Source: Octopus sinensis (Eukaryota). From it: a stretch of 64,000 nt of DNA. Under the pieces are notes generated by a model. It saw only the letters and a list, made by a program, of their open reading frames with translations, was not told where the DNA came from and did no database searches. The stretch spans positions 52,018,001 to 52,082,000 of the forward strand of contig NC_043013.1 in the NCBI RefSeq assembly GCF_006345805.1, in the 5' to 3' direction. Shown here piece by piece: positions 12,472 through 24,961 of this stretch. Numbering within the stretch: position 1 is the first letter of the stretch; every line of letters begins with the position of its first letter. The position numbers were made by a program, and so were the translations under genes.

Positions 12472-12670
12472 TGGCGCTGAAAAGTTCCTGGCTTTGGGTG
12501 AAAGGAAATGCAAGAGTATCAGTTAATTGTGATTTTATTTAACATATTCCCCTCTCAGATTCACTCACTCATTGCAGCGGTTGGTCAATTTTTTTGTAAG
12601 CCCTGTAAAAGAACTCTGAATATTGGGCCTTTTGCGATACCCTTTGCACCAGGAACGTTTCAACACCCCT
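12472..12670. mobile_element. Mariner-type MITE, copy 1
   Basis: GCTGAAAAGTTCCTGG...CCAGGAACGTTTCAACACCCC inverted ends; same body as the next copy. Confidence 0.7.
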
Positions 12671-12699
12671 TTGTGTGTGTATATATATATACATATACA

Positions 12700-13197
12700 T
12701 ACGAGGGGGTGCTGAAAAGTTCCTGGCTTTGGCTAAAAGAAAATACAAGAGTATCAGTTAATTATGATTTTATTCAACATATTCCCCTCTCGTGGAGGCG
12801 CGTGGCTTAGTGGTTAGGGTGTCAGTATCATGATCGCAAGATTGTGGTTTCGATTCCTGGACCGGGCGACGCGTTGTGTTCTTGAGCAAAGCACTTCATT
12901 TCACGTTGCTCCAGTCCACTCAGCTGGCAAAAATGAGTAACGCTGCGATGGACTGGCGTCCCGTTCACCTGGGAAAACACATACGCCATTGAAACCGGGA
13001 AACCGAGCCCATGAGCCTGGCTAGGCTTTAAAAGGGCACATTTATTTTTTTATTTTATTGCCCCCTCAGATTCACATTGCAGCAGTCCTTCAGCTTTTCT
13101 AATCCCTATAAAAGAACTCTGAACATTGGGCCTCCAACCAGGCCTTTCGCGAGGCCTTAAAGCCAGGAAGTTTTCAGTACCCCTCCCCCACCTCGTA
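12700..13197. mobile_element. Mariner-type MITE, copy 2, interrupted by a family C SINE (12792-13058)
   Basis: TACGAGGGGGTGCTGAAAAGTTCCTGGCTTT at the left, AAAGCCAGGAAGTTTTCAGTACCC..CCTCGTA at the right; TA at both ends. Confidence 0.8.
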
Positions 13198-13329
13198 AAT
13201 GTAGATTATTGTTGAATATATGAGGTTTCGGACCATCCGTGTGCGGCAAGTCGGTGTTGTGCCTCTATCATGTTACATTCAATAAAAGCCATTTCTACAG
13301 ATTGTGAAATAATGAAATATTTACGGTTT

Positions 13330-14000
13330 TCTGGAACTCCATTTTCTCTGGCAGCCTTTCTGCTGATTCGGTGAAAATACATTTAATGTTGGACAACTCA
13401 CTTGACTTTATCATCCAGTTGGCCGCTAGATTATTAGTAATTAAGGGAAAATATAGCACTTGTTTTTGTCACACAGTGTTATCTCCAGAATCCAGGCAAC
13501 GGATTAAAGTATAATTATGAGCTGCAAAAGATTAATTCAACGAAGATATTTGGATGAAGTTCTAGTGGTGATAGGAAAGGGCAATATGTGGGAAAACACT
13601 CGAAGACAAAGAAATCTCAATAGCATCAAGAACTACACCCTCAAACCTGCAATATTCAGTTTAGCAGCAACATGGAAAACGCTAAAGACAATCACCACTT
13701 TCGCCAATGCTTGGAAGAAATTATTCAACACACTGTGGATGATAGAATACAATTTTAATGGATTCCAGGGTAATGATTTTCATTGTAGGTTACAGGATTT
13801 TGTAGAATATCACGTTAGAACGTATTTAGAAAACTCAGACGTTGGCCCTGGATTATAACAGAAGAAATAGTGAAAGAAATTCAGTTTGGTGACAAGAGAG
13901 ATACTGCAGATGTTGAAAATGATGAACCTTTGACCCAAGAAACATAACTTGTCTGTTATACAAGAATCTCACGATGACGTCATTTTGTATATTAATTTGT
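13330..14000 (+). mobile_element. Tigger/pogo transposase remnant
   Basis: LMLDNS..IQATD*SIIMSCKRLIQRRYLDEVL..FANAWKKL..FNGF..YLENSD, a DDE_1-type C-terminal half. Confidence 0.75.
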
Positions 14001-14038
14001 CAAAATGATTTTCAAAAAATAGTTCAAACATCTAAGAG

Positions 14039-14286
14039 CAGAGGTTTTCTACAGGGGTCCATATGGCCCTTCGGGGTCCTTATAAGATTTTGTTGTTAAG
14101 ATTTATGTTATAAATTGGTTTTATTTCTACAATACACAAAATAATTTTTGATAATTTTTTATACAATTCCGGATAATATTTGATTATGAAAATATAAAAG
14201 GATTGTTTTAAACATCGAACGGCTATGAAGCTCTACCCAAGTAAAATGGGAATCAAAGGGCAAAAAAAAATGGTTGAGAACCACTG
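14039..14286. mobile_element. hAT/Charlie-type MITE
   Basis: Ends GGTTGAGAACCACTG with a degenerate left end; same family as 56217-56823. Confidence 0.7.
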
Positions 14287-15108
14287 AGGACTTTAATGGG
14301 ATTTCGTTGTCTCAAAGCAGCACCAGTGAGGTAAACAACTAAAACTCGAGTGATTCTATAAGCCAATTCATCCCAAACTGTATGTATAAATCCTAGCCAT
14401 CACTATGACCGTGTAGCTTGTACAATGCCTTTGCTTCTTGTTTTAGGTGCCTATCTAGTCATGCAGAGATGTAGTCAGCCTCTCAGCTCTCTCATCATTG
14501 AGGGCTCGGAACTTTTTGGTTGTGTCACGCCCATTAAAAAACTGCCATTAAAAAATTGGGTTATCTCCCCACTAAAAAGTCGAGTTTATGTGGAACAAGA
14601 GATTGGATTTGTAGCGAACTCTATTATATAACAGACATACGAACGTAGCAGGTAACAGCTAGCCTTTGGACACTGTTTTGGACCCTGTTGTGTCTACCAC
14701 TCAGATTGGTGCAATTTCTCTCATACTCTATCGTGCGCCAATATGCAACCCAACCAATCACAACCTGCAAATTAGTCATGTGAGACAGTCTGTTCCAAAC
14801 AAGTATTTGAGCCTTCCCGTCAGCTATAAAAGCTCACCTCTTCCTAAGCTTGGGGTCTGTCAGTTCCAGAACTTCTAAAGTCTAACCACTATTGCAGCGA
14901 CCTCCATCTTCGTTGCCACCACTGATGTCTCTCACCAACGTCGTCAACATCTACACAGCACCAACACACTGCACTGGTTCCTACATCGCTGTTCGTGAGC
15001 TTCTCACCAGGGTTAACAGCTTACATACAATCCACGCAGATGCCTGTAGAAACATACAAACGTCCATCAACCACTTCCATTCAGCTTGTGTGTGTGTGTA
15101 TATATATA

Positions 15109-15332
15109 TTAGAAGAAATGAGGTACTCAGAAAATCGGATGGTTTATATTTACAAATATTTATTTGTATATTACATTTTTTATATATATATCATATCACT
15201 TAGATCATTAGCGCTTTCTCCCATTCTAGTGGGGTTTTCAAATCAAACTAAGTTCCTGTGTGAGGAGCTTTGACCAGTTTATAGAGTTTGTAGTGGTGGG
15301 GGGAATATAAGACAGTACCTCATTTCTTCTAA
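15109..15332. mobile_element. MITE with perfect 19-bp TIR, flanked by TA repeats
   Basis: TTAGAAGAAATGAGGTACT / AGTACCTCATTTCTTCTAA; near-identical truncated copy at 47972-48117. Confidence 0.85.
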
Positions 15333-15367
15333 TATATAATACCTGTACATCATCTCCAAACCTTCCA

Positions 15368-15455
<88 letters not shown>

Positions 15456-15973
15456 CGTGTGACCACAATAAACATATTTAAAGTTACCACCTTGCGTTTT
15501 ATACCTTCTTTACCGGGTTCCTACCACAATCATATAACAGCTTTCTGAGCGGAGTCTCATTACATGACACCACAAAATATAACATCTAAAGATTAAAAGG
15601 GTTAGATCCATTTGATTCAATACTTCAACACATTGTTGACGTTTGGCCTCTACAATAGGAATGGTATGATTTGTTATCAAAATGTTATTAGATTCAATAA
15701 TATAATCTAATCTTTTCACTTTTCAAGTTTATTAATTTTTCATTTTTTTTGTTTTATTGAGAACTAAACAATTTTTTTAGTTGGAGGAGATAACCCAATT
15801 TTTTAAAGGGGTTGAGATAGCCAAAAAGTGTTAAGGGCTCTACCAGCTTCTCATTGGTACTTGTTGAGTGCACTTGTGCAAAGATATAACGGGAGTCGAA
15901 TGCATGACCTTACGATCGTCAGCCCAACACTCGAACCACTGGGCTGAGTGCTTTCACAATATATTTGTGTGTA

Positions 15974-16005
<32 letters not shown>

Positions 16006-16266
16006 CAGGTATAGCTCTGTCGGTTCAGAAATGCTTTGCAATTTCATGCTTTCTAGTTCGATTCTACCTTGCTCCTACGGATTGATCCTTTATATCAGTT
16101 TTACTGTGTAAATCCTTCTATGAGGGACCGTAATTTCTCTTTATTCTTTTTGATTCGCTTTCTCAAACGACATTCTAGTTTGCTTTTACTCGTTTTGTTT
16201 TGTTTTTTTACTTGTTTTCAAATTAGAAAGTTTCAAACGACGTGAGAAGCCACTCAGTGTAAGGAG

Positions 16267-16515
16267 TGAAGAAGAAGAAGAAGAAGAAGAAGAAGAAGAA
16301 GAAGAAGAAGAAGAAGAAGAAATTAAGACAAAAGGAATGAATTTACTTTAGACTTGAAAGAGTCCAGGTAATAAGAAGTAGGAAAACAATAGGATGGAAG
16401 AGTGTTCCAAAATCTGGCAACTTGAGGAAAGAAAGACTTCCTTATTCGTGGAAGCGCAACAGCATTTGGATGAGGACCGAGTGAATTCCAAGTCAGGAGA
16501 GGACGGCACAAAGCC
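16267..16515 (-). mobile_element. L2/CR1-type LINE 3' end with (TTC)n tail
   Basis: HPNAVALPRIRKSFFPQVARFWNTLPSYCFPTSYYLDSFKSKVN. Confidence 0.75.
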
Positions 16516-17015
16516 TTTATTTTAATCTTAATTTGCCTTGGCTCTAATTCAAATCCTTGTTGATGCTGTTGTTTCCAAGCAATTAAAATGCGTGTATTTT
16601 CATCATTTCCCCCACTCCAATTAAATGAAGTAAACCGGTCTTATCTATTTTATGAGACTCCATCGTTAAGTCAATTATTATTGTCAATATTATTTTATTT
16701 TTACATTTTGTGTGATATTTATTATTGTTTCTCTTAATAATTTGCTGTCGATGTATTTTCATTTATTTTGAGGAGACCCAGCACTTGACTGGTATTTTAT
16801 TTTATCGACCCTGGAGGGATGAAACACAAAGTTGACACATCAGGATTTGAGCTAAGCACGTAAACCAATCGGAAGAAATAAGACAAAGCATTTTATCCGA
16901 CGCACCAAAACTTTCCAAAGCTCACCGCCTTAAACAACGGTTTCCTGTGTAGACAGGAAGCCGGCATAAGTTACAGTGAGGCCACGAGCGGGTATGATCA
17001 TAAAAGGGTTGAGGA

Positions 17016-17171
17016 CACTAGTGTAGCTGGGGCTGTCTGCTCCGGGCGGCACTTTTAAACAGGTGACACTTTTGGGTCTGCTGTAGGCAGTATATGTCTT
17101 TTTTCTGTGGGGTCTGGGGGCGGCAAACAGAAGGGCCGCCCCAGGTGGCACACACTTTAGCTACGCTAGTG
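17016..17171. mobile_element. hAT-type MITE
   Basis: TIR CACTAGTGTAGCT / AGCTACGCTAGTG; body shared with 4024-4186. Confidence 0.65.
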
Positions 17172-17207
17172 GTTGGAAAACTACCTTGAGGTATATCTTT
17201 TAATCAG

Positions 17208-17360
17208 AACAGGCGTGACTGTGTCGTAAGAAGTTTGCTGCTCAACCTCAAGGTTTCGGGTTCAGTCTCAGAGCGTGGCACCTTCGACTACAGCCCCGAG
17301 TTGACCAAAGCCTTGTGAATGGATTTGGTAGATGGAAACTGAAAGAATCCTGTCATATAT
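17208..17360 (+). mobile_element. SINE family A head
   Basis: Similar to 1225-1395. Confidence 0.75.
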
Positions 17361-17362
17361 AT

Positions 17363-17426
<64 letters not shown>

Positions 17427-17434
17427 TATAATAC

Positions 17435-17689
17435 AAAATGGGACAAGAACGCAAAACATCCAAATAGACGAATAGACGATACAAAAAACACGGACGGGTC
17501 ATTCGAAGCTTTTATTCTTCAGTCAAGAACCGGACCATCCTCGCAATTTCGGCTGATTGATCTTGAGCTTGCTCCAATCTGGCCAGCCCCAAGGAAAAAC
17601 TAAGCTACGAGCATTAGATTCATTGGAAAAAGGATCGAATGTATACGAAACAAGGACAGAAAAACGGACGATGTTGCACGAATATAAAT

Positions 17690-17700
<11 letters not shown>
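17435..17700. mobile_element. Unclassified interspersed repeat (also at 25945-26250, and 33330-33420 reversed)
   Basis: GGGACAAGAACGCAAAACAT..CTTCAGTCAAGAACCGG..GGAAAAACTAAGCTACGAGC recurs. Confidence 0.75.
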
Positions 17701-17725
<25 letters not shown>

Positions 17726-17768
17726 CATACATACATACATACATACACACACCACACACACACACACA

Positions 17769-17800
<32 letters not shown>

Positions 17801-17974
17801 GTATATAGGTGTATGTCTTTTTGTTTTTGTCTCCCCCCCCCCAGCACTGCTTAACAAGCAAAATTGGTTTGTTTACATCCCCGTAACTTAGCTGTTCAGT
17901 AAAAGAAACCGATAGAATAAGTTACCCGGCTTCAAAAAGACAAATACTGGCATTGATTCGTTGTACAAAAACAA

Positions 17975-18460
17975 AAAAGCAGAAGACAGAAATAGGCGAG
18001 TGAACAACAAACAAGGTGTATTAGTTTGACAATCAAGAAAAATGGAAAAAGTCTTTGACGTTTCGAGCCTATGCCCTTTTATAGAAAAGAATGAGGAGAG
18101 AAAGAAACAGCTGGAGGAAGAGGGGGGGGGGAATAGACGGTGAGAAAAATCGTGTCTGGTTGCACATGTTGAATTCATGTTTTAAAGCCTAGTTCATATT
18201 CTGTTGGCCTGTTTTGTCGAACCAATAACTTATGTGGGGAGCAAATTAGAACATAGTTGTGTTTCCATTACAACGTTTAAAAAGAAAGCTGTCTCCCATA
18301 TGAACCGACACAGTCCTATAAAGCAGTCATGGACAATCTGCGATCCACGGAACTTTCTGAATGGTAGGCTAAAGTGAAAATTGTCTCGAATATTTTTGTT
18401 TGTGCGACTCGCTTCTCGGAAAAGGTTGCTCATATCTGCAGCATAATTTTGGGGCCCCAG
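17975..18460 (-). mobile_element. Probable Penelope-like element 3' remnant with a degenerate hammerhead tail
   Basis: Minus strand CTTTT-CTATAAA-A-GGGC ATAG GCTC-GAAACGTC-AAAG at 18051-18089; the upstream ORF only weakly resembles a GIY-YIG C-terminus. Confidence 0.45.
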
Positions 18461-18847
18461 GATGGGGGAAAACTCAAGGGCTGCTCCGGGTGGCACACTG
18501 GTCCTCTTCTCTCAGTCATATAGAAGCAACAACGAAACAGTAACCCACACAGCTTGTGGCAACAGGGGTTGCTTCACCTTCTCGAAGCTGCGTTGAAATC
18601 TCAGCCTGTTGTGGTTGTAAAACTGGAAGGGCACAGTCAGATAATGTAGTCCAAGATATACTGCGGTTGAGGAAAAGAAAAAAAGAAGGGGAAAAAGAAC
18701 AGCAAATAGGGTTATTCCAGTTAGAACATCTTTGATCATAAGTCTGCTAAATCAGGGCTGTCCTGGGGACAAACAACAACGACAACAACAGCAACAAGCT
18801 TTTGCAACAATAAATCATTGCTAACTTCTTTCTCTACCTTCACTTCC

Positions 18848-19087
18848 GACCCACCACCATCACCACCAAACTATCATCACCACCACCACCACCACCACCC
18901 TCATTACTACCATCACCACCACCACCACCACCATCACCACCACCACCACTATCATCACCACCACCACCACTACCACCACCGCCACCACCACCATCACCGC
19001 CACTACCACCACCACCACCACCACCACATACCACCACCACCACCACCACCACCACCACCGTCACCACTATCATCATCATCATCATCA
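18848..19087. repeat. (CAC/CAT)n trinucleotide repeat
   Basis: Direct inspection. Confidence 0.9.
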
Positions 19088-19363
19088 TTGGTCATTCTTC
19101 TTCCGTTCTCCGTCCTCTGCGACCCATCGTTTTTCACTTCCCAGTTTGCACTTAGTTCGCTTCACAATTTAATCCGCTCACCACTGTTGGGCACGGCATG
19201 AATGTCACTACAGCACACGCTGACGTTAACTCCACTCATATTTCGTCCGTTTCACTACGTTCGCTAAATCTCTCCCTTTTTGCCTTCGTTCTCCCCCTCC
19301 ACATCACACTTCCCCATTAGGCTTTGCGAGTCATTTGGTCAAACTAAGGCGTCCTTACTACAA

Positions 19364-19404
<41 letters not shown>

Positions 19405-19654
19405 AGACGGTAACTTTGCTGAAAATAGCAGCCAAATATTCTTCAAATCACACACTACTGCCTTGGAAGAGGTAAAGGACACGTGCAGTCCCAGATAGCG
19501 CTATATAGACGGGGGTGGTCATGGCTGGAATCACTTTGATTATATGTCTGCTTGATCAGGTTTGACTTTGGCGGTGGTGGTGGTGGTGGCGGCGGCTTGG
19601 GCGGTGGGGGTGCAGGCAAAAGGACAGGGACCCAACTGTTACCATCGTTGCTAG

Positions 19655-20295
19655 TACTGTTTCAAGAGTTATACAACTACCACCACCACCACCACCATCG
19701 ACACCATCGACACCACCGCCACCACTAAATCAATATTATCCCCCACCCCCAGCCCCATCACCACTACTTCTACAATATGTATCAACCCTCCTCCCCACAC
19801 CTCCACTGTCTGTTTTAGTTTATCGAAAGTGAAGCGACGTATTGTTTCTTTTACTAACCATATTACTACTACTACTACTACTACTACTACTTACTACTAC
19901 TACTACTGGTGGTGGTGCCACAGCAGTAGCAGAAATAGCACGACTCTATCACTTCTCCATTACCACCACCACCAACATAATCATCATCACCATCAACATA
20001 TCACCACTATCTTCATCGCCACCACTACAAATACACTCTGCTACCATCACCACCACCACCACCACCACTCCTACAACTAAACTACTACAACTACAACTGC
20101 TAGTACTTCTACTACAACTACTACTACTACTACTATCAATTTTAGCTATACTACCAGTAGACCAGTACAGATCTCAACCTCTTCCACCACCATCACTATC
20201 ACCACTTACAACAACTACTACTACTAGTACTACTGCTGCTGCTGCTACTGCTACACCCCTCATCACCACCGTCACCACCACCAGCACCACCGCCA
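19655..20295. repeat. Mixed (CAC)n/(CTA)n/(CTG)n low complexity
   Basis: Direct inspection. Confidence 0.85.
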
Positions 20296-20472
20296 ATGGT
20301 ACTGCCATATTTAAAGGCCGCTCACTGCTCACATCGACACACAAGTGTTGAACAATTGTTTGAGAAGAGATACTGTGTGTGTCTTTTTTTTTAACCAACT
20401 GACTAGCTTTTTTTATTTGTATTATACTAACTTCTGTGTTACCACCTACACACGTATATAACGCATATATTT

Positions 20473-20507
<35 letters not shown>

Positions 20508-20876
20508 CACACACACTTTGGCACTTATATTTATAAATAGTTACTTCCTCCGCTTTTCTCTCTCTCTCTGATTGGAAACCACTTTGAAAGTAAATATATA
20601 TATATAGGCACGGATATATATTTATGTGCATAGAAAGAGAGAGAGAGAGAGACAAACATTTCTGTTATTGTCTATAAATACACTGGTGTGTGCGTGCATT
20701 TATATAATATATATATGTGATGTATGTATATGTTAATAAAAGTACATTATAGCGCATATATATATATATGATATATTAGTCACTCAGGTTGTTAACGTCG
20801 ATGTGTGACGATATTTGGCTGGTAAACGAAGTAGTCAACCGCAAGAGAACTCGTATATACACACACACAACCAACC

Positions 20877-21806
20877 ATGACCAGCCAGAAGGACGATGTG
20901 GAACATTTGATTCGGTCAAGCGTACAAAGCATCGACAGTGTTGGTGTTAACAGTAGTGGTCGAGACGATGTATCTACCGTGTCCTTGTCCATTGCCTCAC
21001 TGGCCGATTCCACTACCAACCTCTATGAGACCAGACCACACAAAGTCGCCAACAAGAAGTCTAAGCCGGTTAACGGTGCCCTGGGTACGAGTAAAGGTTT
21101 CCCAGTCGACATCCAAGGCGAGAGATCAGTCCAGGAGGATGACATCGACGAAAACGATGGACACAACGGCAAGAAGAATGACAAGACCTTCTTCGTTGGT
21201 GTCGGAATCCTTTTCTCGATTTTCGCCATCACTTCTGCTTTTCTTCTGATAATCCTTCCATGTTATCGCATGTTTAACTTGAATGCTTTGTTACACAGCA
21301 ATCATACTGTAGTCCGTCAATACCAAGAACATTTGGTCAGCAGCAGTGTGAGCCGATCGGGCCCACCATCTGTCGTGGTAAAATATCACGAATTGATTCA
21401 GGGTCCAGGTCCGGGCCATCAATCGCTGGTGTATCACCAAAAACACCACCACCAACATTCTGAGAAAGCTGCCCCTGTTTGTGATGTCCACCCTAATGAA
21501 CAGCGCTTCGACTGTTACCCGGACTATTACGAAGTCAACCAACGCAATTGTCTGTCCCGGGGTTGTTGTTGGCGACCCACCATGGACAGGTTCCTCTCTC
21601 AATCCGATTCCAACAACGTGAGAGGTGTTCCGTTCTGCTATCTCCCCGTCAATTATTCTGGTTATGGAATCATTCAGGTGAACCAAAGCCGGACCGGGGC
21701 CACCATGGAGTTAATAAAAACATCGCAATCCTCAATATGGCCCGAAGAAGTTCGAATGCTCAAAGTTGTTATTACTTACGAGACTCCACAACGACTTCAT
21801 TTCAAG
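20877..21806 (+). CDS. GAA: First coding exon of a GH31 lysosomal alpha-glucosidase (acid maltase)-like gene; partial, 310 aa
   Basis: In-frame TAG at 20832-20834, then aaccATG; TM helix aa105-128; six-Cys trefoil CDV..RFDCYPD..C..RGCCW..GVPFCY; YETPQRLHFK followed by a phase-0 donor AAG/GTAATC at 21807. GAA versus another GH31 paralogue cannot be settled without the catalytic exons. Confidence 0.85.
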
Positions 21807-22576
21807 GTAATCCAACTTCATATTTTTGAATTTAATATTTGTTTATCATTACACCATTATTAAATGCTATTTTCCTTATTTACCCCACCCCCGATCATGA
21901 ATATTTAACCGACAAGGGCCTCGGGTTGTTGCTATATGACCGAAAGCCAATGGTGTCGCTTTTCTGTTGCATGTTTAGGCAAATCCTAACTTCAATTGTC
22001 TTAGATTCAGATACGAGATGAATAATTACATATTTTGGTGGACATTCCCATCATAATAAGAAGGTAACGTGTGTGTGTGTGTTTGCTGTATAATAGCAGT
22101 GAACATTTTTGTTGGAAAATCCTGTTAAAAGCTCCTTTTATAGGATATCAGATACTGCTCTGACATTCGTTAGTGATGTTTGTTTGTTTATACATACATA
22201 CAAAGAATTTTAAAAGCACAAAGAAGAAAAAAAAACTCACAAAAAAAGAAAAGAAAATCAGAGACACATGCGTGTGTGTGGGTGTGTATTTTTTAAATTA
22301 ACTAAATTGGCGTATTGTAAATAAATTTACATGCCTACATTAAACATACATGTTGCCTCGTACTGTAAATAGATCCTGTAGTCTATTGACATGTGTGCGT
22401 GCGTGTGGTTATATATTGTATGTATGTGTTTGTGCATGCTTGTTTATATGATATATATATATATGTGTGTGTGTGTGTGTATGTATATATGTGTATGTGT
22501 GTGTGTATATATGTGTGTTTGTATATATATATATGTGTGTGGTGTGTGTAAATCGTTTGTAAAAAAACTCCGAAAG

Positions 22577-22628
22577 AGGAAGGCCGGTTTATGAAATTAC
22601 CTTAGGTTTCCCGTCCATAAAGGGTTTA
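22577..22628. mobile_element. Fragment of the foldback MITE family at 35473-35677
   Basis: GGAAGGCCGGTTTATGAAATTACCTTAGGTTTCCCGTCCATAAAGGGTTTA. Confidence 0.7.
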
Positions 22629-22672
22629 GTCCCCAAAACTCTCTCTATATATATATATGTGTATGTGTGTCA

Positions 22673-22704
<32 letters not shown>

Positions 22705-22748
22705 TAGACTCGACAACTATAACTTAGAAATATTTCTTTCTCTCTCAC

Positions 22749-22786
<38 letters not shown>

Positions 22787-23377
22787 CTATCGTAAAATGA
22801 GGAGTTTCCCTCTTTTTTTATCACTAATTACAATTATTGATAGATTCAAAGGCAGTTAATTAGTATTAGGATTAATATTAACACAAAAGCAACCGAACTC
22901 CCCATCCGATACTTTGTTAATATGCATCACATTCTTGATGTCGTCCACTAATTGTGTTTATATTTCAAAAGCTGCACCATATGTCGGTCGGTCAGTTCAT
23001 TCATTGAGTGTGGTCAGAGAAAGATCAGCACCCAAAATAGATTCGGTGATCAATCAGTCCAGATCGAACTGTACACATGGTTTGTATCGATAAATATGTG
23101 TTTGAGGTAAACCTCGGAGTTTATATTTTTGTTTTGTTTGGTTTTGTTTTGTTTTGTTTTCCCCCCACATCGTTTCTAGAAAATGCTCCTTCGCCAGCTT
23201 CCTGACAAAACAAAGAAAAAGTGCTGGGGAGGGCACCGTGTTTTGGTGGAGGTGGTCGTGGTGGTATTGACATTGTTCGGTACTGAATGTGAGTGTTTTG
23301 TCTGTGCATATAAATGTATGGATGTATGAAAAAGTGTGTATGTGAAAATATATAAATCCGTGTTTATGTTTGCCCTC

Positions 23378-23480
<103 letters not shown>

Positions 23481-24129
23481 CGGATGTATCGGGCATTCAC
23501 CTCATCCATATTCGTGTATCTATGTATATATATTACGAATTAATCATATATGCATACAAGCTTGTACGCATATAAATCACCCATACTTTCAATACACACG
23601 CACACACACACACACATAAATATACACAAACATACATACGAATGTACACGCATATACATACATGCACAAATATACCTACATGAATATATATATATTATAT
23701 ATACATACCAGTGTTTACATAATCAATCAACCTGCTAGAAATAGCAACCAAGTCACCCTCATATACCACCTTACTGTCTAATCTACAGTGTAGTCTTAGA
23801 TACACTAAGACAAGATGGTGAAGGTTAGAATGATTCGAACAGAGATTGTCTGTATCTAAACGACAACAATAACAATACATACAATATTCGTATCATACAA
23901 TATAACCTTATCTACGGTAACCCTGTAACGTGAACTTCCGTAACGCGAAACTTTTTTTCTATTGAATCCCATTTACATGAAAGTCAGTGTTTTCGTGTCA
24001 CGGAATCCCAAGGTTTTCAGGGACACAATACGACCGTAACGCGGAGGATCTCCGTAGTTTTTTTTTCACACACACGCACTCATACCACATATATATGTAT
24101 ATAGTTTCAAAATTTTGAAGAGATGCACG

Positions 24130-24500
24130 ACAAAGGAACGTGGGTTCAATTCCACTGCGTGGCACCTTAGGCGAATGTTTTCTTCTATAGACCCAGGCTG
24201 ACCAAATCGTTATGAGTGGATTTGGATGATAGATGTCAACCGAAAGAAGTCCATTTGTGTGTGTGTGTGCCTCCTCGTTTTGACATCACGGTATAGTCGT
24301 AAAAGAGTTTCACTGCCATACAAGCGGTGTCGTTCATTTCCAATATTCCGTTAGAACGTTTGGAGAAATATGAGAAATATTGCCTTGGTTGGAAACGGGC
24401 GAGGATTGGCGGACAGGAAGGGCATCCAGCTGTAGAAAATCTGCCTCGATAAATACCGTCCGACCCATGCAACCATGGAAAAGTGGACGTTAAAACGATA
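24130..24500 (+). mobile_element. SINE family A variant ending in the RTE-type tail
   Basis: Family A head, then GGAAGGGCATCCAGCTGTAG..GGACGTTAAAACGAT. Confidence 0.7.
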
Positions 24501-24930
24501 AAGGTGGTGATGATAATAGGGCAATCTTTCGGTAAAAGTCTATGACGTCACGAGCAAGTACATGACATTGTGCTTCATCTGCTCGGCAGGCTGAACAGTC
24601 ACTCACCACTGACGTCACATACTAATACCGAAACATTGTCACACACACACACACGCACGCACACACACACACCAGTTTCAGTGAAATCATAATGTTCGGC
24701 TTCCGTGAACAGTATTCCGTGTCACATCTCATTTTCCCGCTCCAGCAAGCAAACCTGCTTCTCGTAACTTTCACAAAATAGTCTCGATCTCTTGTGTTTA
24801 CCTTCTGCACCTCGCCACCCGCATGTATACCCTTTTCACATACCTGCATACACGTATTGCGTAAACATACCCAAGTACGCAATTACCCTGTCGCTCACAC
24901 AGACATATACGTACAAACATACATTTGTAA

Positions 24931-24961
<31 letters not shown>

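Noticed and set aside
17500-17600. Hammerhead in the unclassified repeat (CAGCCGAAA..CTGAAGA on the minus strand)
   Set aside because: The order and pairing of the elements do not fit any hammerhead topology
18818-20398. Poly-His/Thr/Leu/Gly ORFs
   Set aside because: Translations of trinucleotide microsatellites; the same applies to the YIYI, THTH, LSLS and SIYL ORFs throughout the window
21979-22066. Possible next GAA exon (..LRFRYEM..) just after the donor
   Set aside because: In-frame stop before the next GT and no DP..RYEVP context; likely chance
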